A stretch of DNA of 64,000 nucleotides, from NCBI RefSeq assembly GCF_009914755.1, contig NC_060926.1. One strand, given 5' to 3'. The DNA comes from the human T2T-CHM13v2.0 reference genome, Homo sapiens. The notes under the pieces are model-generated. The model was given only the letters and a program-made list of their open reading frames with translations. It had not been told where the DNA came from and did no database searches. The first letter of the stretch is position 1. Each line of letters opens with the position of its first letter. Position numbers and translations under genes: made by a program. Positions 56,812-64,000 of this stretch are shown in pieces.

Positions 56812-57085
56812 GCCTGTAATCCCAACACTTTCTGAGACTGAGGCAGGTGGATCACCTGAGGTCAAGAGTTCAAGACCAGCCTGGCCAACATGGTGAAACC
56901 CTGTCTCCACTAAAACTACAAAAATCAGCTGGGTGTGGTGACACATGCCTGTAATCCCAGCTACTTGGGAGGCTGAGGCAGGAGAATAGCTTGAACCCAG
57001 GAGATGGAGGTTGCAGTGAGTTGAGATCACACACTGCACTCCAGCCTGGGCGACAGAACGAGATTCTGTCTTAAAACAAAAAAAC
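56812..57085 (+). mobile_element. 5'-clipped Alu (AluS-like) inside the ERV
   Basis: Begins at gcctgtaatccc, lacking the first ~20 nt; no TSD seen. Confidence 0.9.
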
Positions 57086-57515
57086 AGACTACTGGAAAAA
57101 GACCTCCTGGGTTAAGGCCATATTTAAGCAGGACTACTAACCTTTCTACTATGAAAATCAAAGACCAATTTTTTAAAAATTATACACTGGGCATATCCTC
57201 TACCCTGTCATCCCTTAGGTTAAAAAAACTTCTAACTCGAACCCTGCCTCTTGAGTTCACAGTTCACCACTTCCAGGCTGGCAACTCGGTGCTAATTAAA
57301 ACCTGGAAAGAAGACATGCTCCACCCAAGCTGGGAAAGTCCGTAACAAGTGCTCCTAATCACTAAAACAGCCACATAAACAGCTGAACCGGGGTGAGCAC
57401 ATTACACTCGGGTCAAGAGACTGGTAAAAGAACCCCTGAAAGAAAGGGAAAAGAGTGAATAGGGAATGTATAAATCACCTAAGAAACCCTTAAAGCTAAC
57501 TCTAAGGAAAACCTA
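57086..57515 (+). pseudogene. ERV pol remnant: integrase C-terminus only
   Basis: HHFQAGNSVLIKTWKEDMLHPSWESP*QVLL, a degenerate GPY/F module. Confidence 0.82.
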
Positions 57516-57524
57516 AAGGAAGCT

Positions 57525-58830
57525 ATGAGCAGGCTCCGTCATTGGGGGTGGATACGGTTAGGATTAATCCTAACACAAGGGGTAAAAGGAAACCCTATTG
57601 GATAGGGCCCAGTACTAGGGGTGGAAAGTAGGAAATATCTAATCAAACTAATAGTCAACATAACTAAAACCTCCACCCCCACCCCCCAAACTATAAAATT
57701 TAATGCCTGCCAAGTCTTACCTTGTGGGAATTTACGGAACCAAAGGCAGTTGTCACAAGCAGACAAATATCTATGTCCTAAAACAGACCGTTATTGGGCC
57801 CTCTCAAAAAAATCTCTGTGCTAGCTGGAATCAGGTCTGGTGGACCACACCATATCAAGGCCAGCTGAGTCATTCTTCTGAAAACCAACCGTTAAAAAAT
57901 AAAATATAAGGGCCCCATGCTACCTAACTGTAAAAATTTAAAATGCAATCCTATATTAATTACCATAAACAACCCAGCTACTCTAGACCAGGAACCCTGG
58001 AGGTATACATTAGGAATAATTATCTCAGGAAGGGATTCCATGGGACAGTTAGCTCTTAGGCAAATCACCAATTCCACCCCCAAGCCCACCCAGAATTACT
58101 AGAACTCCTGGTCTTACTACTTCCTTTAACCCACCAGACAATGACCCTTAAGACACTAACTTTAAGGCAAACTAAAAATTAAAAATATGGGGATGTAACT
58201 GCCTGGGTTGAATGGGTCAAATTTTCAGTACTAGCTCTTAATAGAAGCAACAGTTACGCATGCTCTGCTGGGCGGCCTCAAGCACTGGTAGCTGCGTTTC
58301 CCCTAAAATGGGATACCAATCCCAGAGGAATGCATTGCATGTTGGCTCTATACCAGGACAGGGATGCATGGGGAAATGAGACTTGCAAAAGTTTATTATT
58401 GCTCTTTCCCACCTTGCAAAGGTCAAATCCTAGAGCGATCCCTTCTTTCTCCATAGGGAATATAAACCACTCCTCTTGCCTCTCTAGACAGGGGACAGAG
58501 TTCAGTAAGCCCGTGGGAAAACTCTCAACTTGTACCCACATCCTAAACGTTACTGGTAAGTCAAACAAAGGCAACTACTCAGCTCTTCATATACCCCAGG
58601 CTAATGTCTGGTGGTATTATGGGAAAGGGAACCTCCGTAACCTGTTACCGTCCAACTGGACTGGGACTTGTGCCTTAGTTCACTTGGCCATTCCATTCAC
58701 CTTGGCATTCCAGAAGATCTCCAAGAATCCACATGGCCCTGAAGTTGGAGAAATCTAACAAATTCTTTTAATTCTAACACTTATATTAACTCAATAGAAG
58801 TCCCTAAAGGAGGACCTAATAAATTTAAGA
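57525..58830 (+). pseudogene. ERV env remnant (SU and start of TM; rest of TM deleted)
   Basis: IKFNACQVLPCG...KYLCP; CKNLKCNPILITI; NVWWYYGKGNLRNLLPSNWTGTCALVHLAIPFTL. Confidence 0.85.
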
Positions 58831-61116
58831 ACTAAAGGACACAAAAATAAATGCAGAAATGGAACAAATAGTAGTAGAAAGAAAAAAAGGAGAGAATTGA
58901 AGGAAATAACGTATACCATGGTTCATTTCCAAAACAAAGTGCCCTGAATCGGCTTAGGTCAGCAAACCACAGAAAAAACAGGATATACTAGGCCCCTGTT
59001 TGGATAGCTGATGCCGCTTGTTGGCCTCCACTTTCTCCACCACTTAGTTTCTCTCACCCGAACCAAAGAATTTGAGTCTAAAATAAAAGTTTATTAGTCT
59101 GCAAAATAGCTCACTTTGTTTGTTCTTATCGGCCTGCCCAGCAACTTAGGTCATAAGTCAAATACTTGAAGAGCCCCTGAGCTAACTAGGATTGCAGTGC
59201 ATTGTGGGCTGCAACAAAATGCAGCAAGACAACCCTAAAAACACACCTAAAGCCCTGCCTAACAATCAATAGGTGATGGGACCTACAATACTCAGCCTAT
59301 AAGGAACCGGGGGAGGGTCCTGCACACTAAGGGATAAATTGCTTGTTAAAACCATGCTGGGTGTGCCTGCATGCCAGACACTCAATCTTGCAAGACTGTC
59401 ATTAAAAGTCTCGCTTTCGCTATTGTCCAGGTCTGAGTCCATTCTGTGGGTTTGGATGGACAGAGGACATTTTATTTTACAATGTAAAGAAGATGAAGGA
59501 GTAGAAATACAGTAGCTCTTTCCTACTCTGTGACTCCAGAGAAGTGTCTTAACTATAGTCTTCACCTAAAAATAAATCTACTCACCTTGGAAAGAGAGAA
59601 GACAATTCAAGATTACGTACAGCACTTGTTTACAGCATTTAAGTATTTAATAAAATAAGAATTACAGATCTGACTTGTTGGCTATAATGCTATGCCACTC
59701 CTTTTGAAATTAAAGGTGCTATCACTAGTTCCAAGATGTATCTATGATCGTGACTTCAACAGCTGCTGCAAGAGGTCATTACATGCTGTGTACATCTGAT
59801 GCCTGTGCTTTCCTTTATAATCACAACAGATACTTTTCAAGTTTATTGTTGAATAACTATTTCAAAGGTTTAGACTTTACCTGAGTTCAAGAATTCCCTA
59901 CTTCAAGATTCTGTGTTCTCTGTAGCATCCTTAATTCTGGCAACCAGATTCAAGGAACAGAGTAAATGGATAGAACAGTATCTTACACAGCAGTTGCCAG
60001 AGCTTTGAACAGATGACTTCGGTACAGGAAAAGTTCAAGGAAAATCAGTATCCTACCTACAGTCACGGTGCTGCTGAAGAGAAAAGATGAGAAGGAAAGA
60101 AAAATGATTAAGGGCACTGATAAAACTGGTTCTTCATGGGAACTCATTCTTTGCCCTAGGTGCTTTATGAACATTCTCCCATTTAATGCCCCCGATTACA
60201 GGGTACTCCACTGGCCTTTCTGGTTACAGGGCATCCAAGGCAGTCTGCATACTGTGCTAACAGGCCCCACCCTTTCCGTAGGCAAGCAGAAGACACTGAG
60301 TCCATTTTGCTGACAAAATCACTAGTTTTCTTTAGCAGGGAACAGTACCATCTATTACCTTAGGTGAAAACCTGGAAGAACTTCATTGACAATGCTAAAA
60401 GGTGTGTATAAGGGAGTGACATGACCACTTTCTGGCTTCATATGCAAGGTCAATGAAGCTCCAATTCCCTAACAGTGCTGCTAGGTGCAAGCACACAATT
60501 GTTCCTCAGCACTACCATTATGGTTTACTGCTTATGGTTTCCATTTCTTGGTTTGGCACTTTCTATGTAACCTGGATTTCTCAAAACACAGAAATCTACC
60601 TTTTGCTATATTTCCTCAGTTGGTTATCAATTAATTTTATAAGAAAGGCCGCACAGGACCCGTTTATCTGTGCTTGTTTCATACAAACACACACAAATAG
60701 GAAGAAAACTTTATTTAAAAAGTTCTGTTGGTTCAGAGATTTCATAAAATTCTAATTAAGAATCCTTGCAGTTTCTAACAACTCTTAGTATGCTGGCAAT
60801 CTAGCACAGAGTCTTCGGGTTTGGACTCTACCGTCAGAGAGTGCTGGGTTAGAATCCTAGGCTTCACCACCTTCTAGATGACTGACCATAGTATCCTCAT
60901 TTGTAAAACAGGCATAATAATACTGCCAACCTCGTAAAAATGATATGGCAGTGCATGATGGTGCACTGAAACCAGGCAAAACAGGTACAAGAAGAAATAT
61001 TTATTAAACACATTTCCCTTAGCTTTCATGAGGATACTTTAACATGTTTAATCACAATCTGGGAAAGGGCATGGCAGCATACAAATTTTACAGATGAGGA
61101 AACCTGGCTCTGATAC

Positions 61117-61950
61117 TGATAGGGACAGGAGGCACAGAAATTCCGGGAAGAGGGTGGGTCCCCCAGTAAGGGCCCCACCCTCAAGCGTGAAACCACGGTC
61201 CAAAGTGAGAACACACATTCCTGTTTTCCTGCTCGAATGTTGCCTTTTCCAGAATCACCCTTGGCCTGCCCCACCCCCCATCCAGTGCCCATAAAAACCT
61301 CACCCAGCAGAGAGAGGAGGAGAAGTAGCAAGACGACGGAGACTACGGTTGGACATTGGAGAGAGGCAGCTTGACTTCAGAGGGATGGCTTGACAGCAAT
61401 GCTTTGGAGAGGAATCTGGCCAGGGATGGCCAGACTCCAGGGGAAGATTGTCTTCCCACTCCATTCCCTTTACAGCTCCCCTTCCTTGAGAGCCACTTTC
61501 ATCAACAATAAAATCTCCTGCATTTAACATCTCCAATATGTTCATGAGACCTCATTCCCCCTGGATGTCGGACAAGAACTCACTCAGGTGAAGGTGCAAA
61601 AGTCTGGCACACTGACCCTCCACTGAGCTGCTAACACGTAAGCCATCAGCAGATGGCAAAGCTAAAAAAGCACTGACTGTAACACTCTTTCTGGGCTTCA
61701 GGGGTCATAGGCACCCCCTAGACGCTGCTGCTGGGCTGCACAGAGTTTTGCTCCCGTCAGTGCCCAAAAGCCCTCAACCCAGCTTCTGCACTCACTCACT
61801 TGTGTTCCCCACCTCCTGTGAGGGGTGGAAAGTAGCAGGACCAAGCAAATGGAGTCTGTCCCTGCTGGCACAGAAACGGCCGGCTAGTCCTAGCACCTGT
61901 GCACTACAGTTACTGCCCATGAAGGTGTCAGGGAAAATTTCCTGCTTCCA
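61117..61950 (+). mobile_element. Solo ERV1 LTR (LTR27/LTR28/LTR1 group), inserted in a MIR
   Basis: tgatagggacaggaggc start, cataaaa TATA-like box, AATAAA, ends cagggaaaatttcctgcttcca; subfamily uncertain. Confidence 0.75.
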
Positions 61951-62061
61951 TATGAATTTGTCTAAGGTTCAAGAATGTCAAAGGCTGAAGAAGTCAAAAA
62001 GGAGGAAAAAAAAAAAACCCAAGAAGAGAACATTGCATCAAGTAATAATTAGAAGTGAATA

Positions 62062-62867
62062 TCTCAAAAAAGACATTTATGCAGCCAACAAGCATATGAA
62101 AAAATGCTCATCATCACTGGTCATTAGAGAAATACAAATCAAAACCATAATGAGATACCATTTCACGCCAGTCAGAATGGCGATCATTAAAAAGTCAGGA
62201 AAAAACAGATCCTGGAGAGGCTGTGGAAAAATAGGAACGCTTTTACACTGTTGGTGGGACTGTAAACTAGTTCAACCATTGTGGAAGACAGTGTGGTGAT
62301 TCTTCAAGGATCTAGAACTAGAAATACCATTTGACCCAGCAATCCCATTACTGGGTATATACCCAAAGGATTATAAATCATTCTACGAGAAAGACACATG
62401 CACACGTATGTTTATTGCAGCACTATGCAAAATAGCAAAGACTTGGAACCAATCCAAATGTCCATCAATGACAGACTGGATTAAGAAAATGTGGCACATA
62501 TACACCATGGAATACTATGCAGCCATAAAAAAGGATAAGTTCATGTCTTTTGCAAGGACATGGATGAAGCTGGAAACCATCATTCTCAGCAAACTATCAC
62601 AAGATCAGAAAACCAAACACCACATGTTCTCACTCATAAGTGGGAGTTGAACAATAAGAACACATGGACACAGGGAGGGGAACATCACACACTGAGACCT
62701 GTTGGGAGTTGGGGGTTAGGGGAGGGATAACATTAGGAGAAATACCTAATGTACGTGACAGGTTGATGGGTGCAGCAAACCACCAGGGCACATGTATACC
62801 TATGTAATAAAACTGCACGTTCCGCACATGTAACCCAGAACTTAAAGTATAATAAAAAAATAAATAA
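62062..62867 (+). mobile_element. 5'-truncated L1PA (ORF2 C-terminus, 3'UTR, A tail)
   Basis: Peptides [21 protein letters not shown]...[19 protein letters not shown] and WIKKMWHIYTMEYYAAIKK; G-rich 3'UTR. Confidence 0.95.
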
Positions 62868-62977
62868 GAGACAGGGTCTTGCTATGTTGCCCAGGCTGGC
62901 CTCAAACTCCAGGGCTCAAGGGATCCTCCCACCTCAGCCTCCTGAGTATATGGTACTACATGCATGCCACCATGCCC
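62868..62977 (-). mobile_element. Alu monomer (FLAM/AluJ left arm)
   Basis: gagacagggtcttgctatgttgcccaggctggcctcaaactcc. Confidence 0.8.
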
Positions 62978-63378
62978 TATTAAGTAACTCCTTTTTTTCA
63001 CCACTATTTCCTTAGCTCCAAGAACAATGCCTGATAAGTGGTAGTCACTCAAATATTACTGAGTCAGGATGGTAGGCGTGAAGAAAAACAGAGTCAAGGA
63101 AAGGCTTTGTGATTTGTTTACAAAAGCTTTCTGAAAATAATGGTAGAAGAAAATGTGCCAATAACCCAAGAAGGCAAAATTGAAGAAACTCAAAGAGGGA
63201 GAAAATTAATATAATTAGTTCTTAGAGGAGGCAGGAAAGGATAGAATGAGAGCATGGAAAGGGCTATTGCCCTTGGCAAGGAAGTGAGGAACATGTTAGA
63301 GAAAATCAAAGAAGGGAAGATAAAGAAAGCTAAAGGAGCTCATGTAATATACCTTCAATTGTTAAAAAGAGAACACAG

Positions 63379-64000
63379 AAGATGGCCGAATAGGAACAGC
63401 TCCAGTCTACAGCTCCCAGAGTGAGCAATGTGGAAGATGGGTGATTTCTGTATTTCCAACTGAGGTACCACGTTCATCTCACTGGGGCTTGTCAGACAGT
63501 GGGTGCAGTCCACAGAATATGAGCCAAAGCAGGGCGGGGGATCGCCTCACCTGAGAAGCAAAAGGGGTCGGGGAATTCCCTTTCCTGGCCAAGGGAAACC
63601 GTGACAGACGGTACCTGGAAAATCAGGACACTCCCACCCTAACACTGCACTTTTCCAACGGTCTTAGCAAACGGCACACCAGGAGATTATATCCTGCACC
63701 TGGCTCAGAGGGTCCCATGCCCACGGAGCCTCACTCACTGCTAGCACAGCAGTCTGAGATCGAACTACAAGGAGGCAGCGAGGCTGGGGAAGGGGCGTCG
63801 GCCATTGCTGATGCTTGAGTACGTAAACAAAGCAGCAGGGAAGCTTGAACTGGGTGGAGCCCACCGCAGATCAAGGACGCCTGCCTGCCTCTGTAGACTC
63901 CACCTCTGGGGTCAGGGCTTAGCAAATTGGATAAAGAGTCAAGACTCATCAGTGTGCTGTATTCAGGAGACCCATCTCATGTGCAGAGACACACACAGGC
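63379..64000 (+). mobile_element. L1PA 5'UTR joined directly to the ORF2 endonuclease region (internal deletion); continues beyond the window
   Basis: aagatggccgaataggaacagctcc start with YY1 site; after ~63921 reads ANWIKSQDSSVCCIQETHLMCRDTH (ORF2 EN). Confidence 0.92.

Larger units (their letters stand above)
53005..59459 (+). mobile_element. Defective HERV-I-group provirus (LTR10C-like LTRs 53005-53602 and 58898-59459) in a HIBCH intron, antisense to the gene
   Basis: Two homologous LTRs, PBS complementary to tRNA-Ile, gag, integrase C-terminus and env remnants, polypurine tract before the 3' LTR. Confidence 0.9.

Noticed and set aside
57525-58830. Domesticated syncytin-like env
   Set aside because: Multiple stops and frameshifts, and most of TM is deleted.
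59345-59385. p53 response element in the ERV LTRs
   Set aside because: CATG cores are present, but the flanks do not fit two RRRCWWGYYY half-sites.
61748-62650. 183-aa and 80-aa ORFs
   Set aside because: Chance fusion of LTR sequence with the L1 ORF2 C-terminus; interrupted by a stop.

Overview
This is primate (human-like) genomic DNA, not prokaryotic. It is the C2orf88 (smAKAP/AKAP19) - HIBCH locus, recognised from the protein sequences (chr2q32 from memory). On the + strand, a CpG-island promoter and non-coding first exon (~19.8-20.7 kb) most likely splice across an ~18.6 kb intron to a terminal exon. That exon holds the whole 95-aa smAKAP CDS (39451-39738) and a ~3.3 kb 3'UTR. On the - strand, the last three coding exons of HIBCH (52665-52546, 48503-48470, 44822-44707) converge on it, with ~1.2 kb between the two poly(A) signals. 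The rest is mostly transposon-derived: about 15 Alus, a full-length THE1 with TSD, a solo LTR10-family LTR, old L1/L2/MIR, MER58/Tigger4/MADE1, and an internally deleted L1PA. It also holds a 6.45 kb HERV-I-type (tRNA-Ile PBS) provirus in which most of pro-pol is replaced by ~1.5 kb of unexplained sequence. The most interesting leads are that ERV cargo, a stack of uORFs in the smAKAP leader, a signal-peptide-like ORF in the promoter built on a 36-bp duplication, and several short duplications next to splice or poly(A) landmarks. I found no clear evidence of a wholly new biological system. Repeat subfamily names come from recalled consensus motifs and need RepeatMasker/Dfam confirmation.
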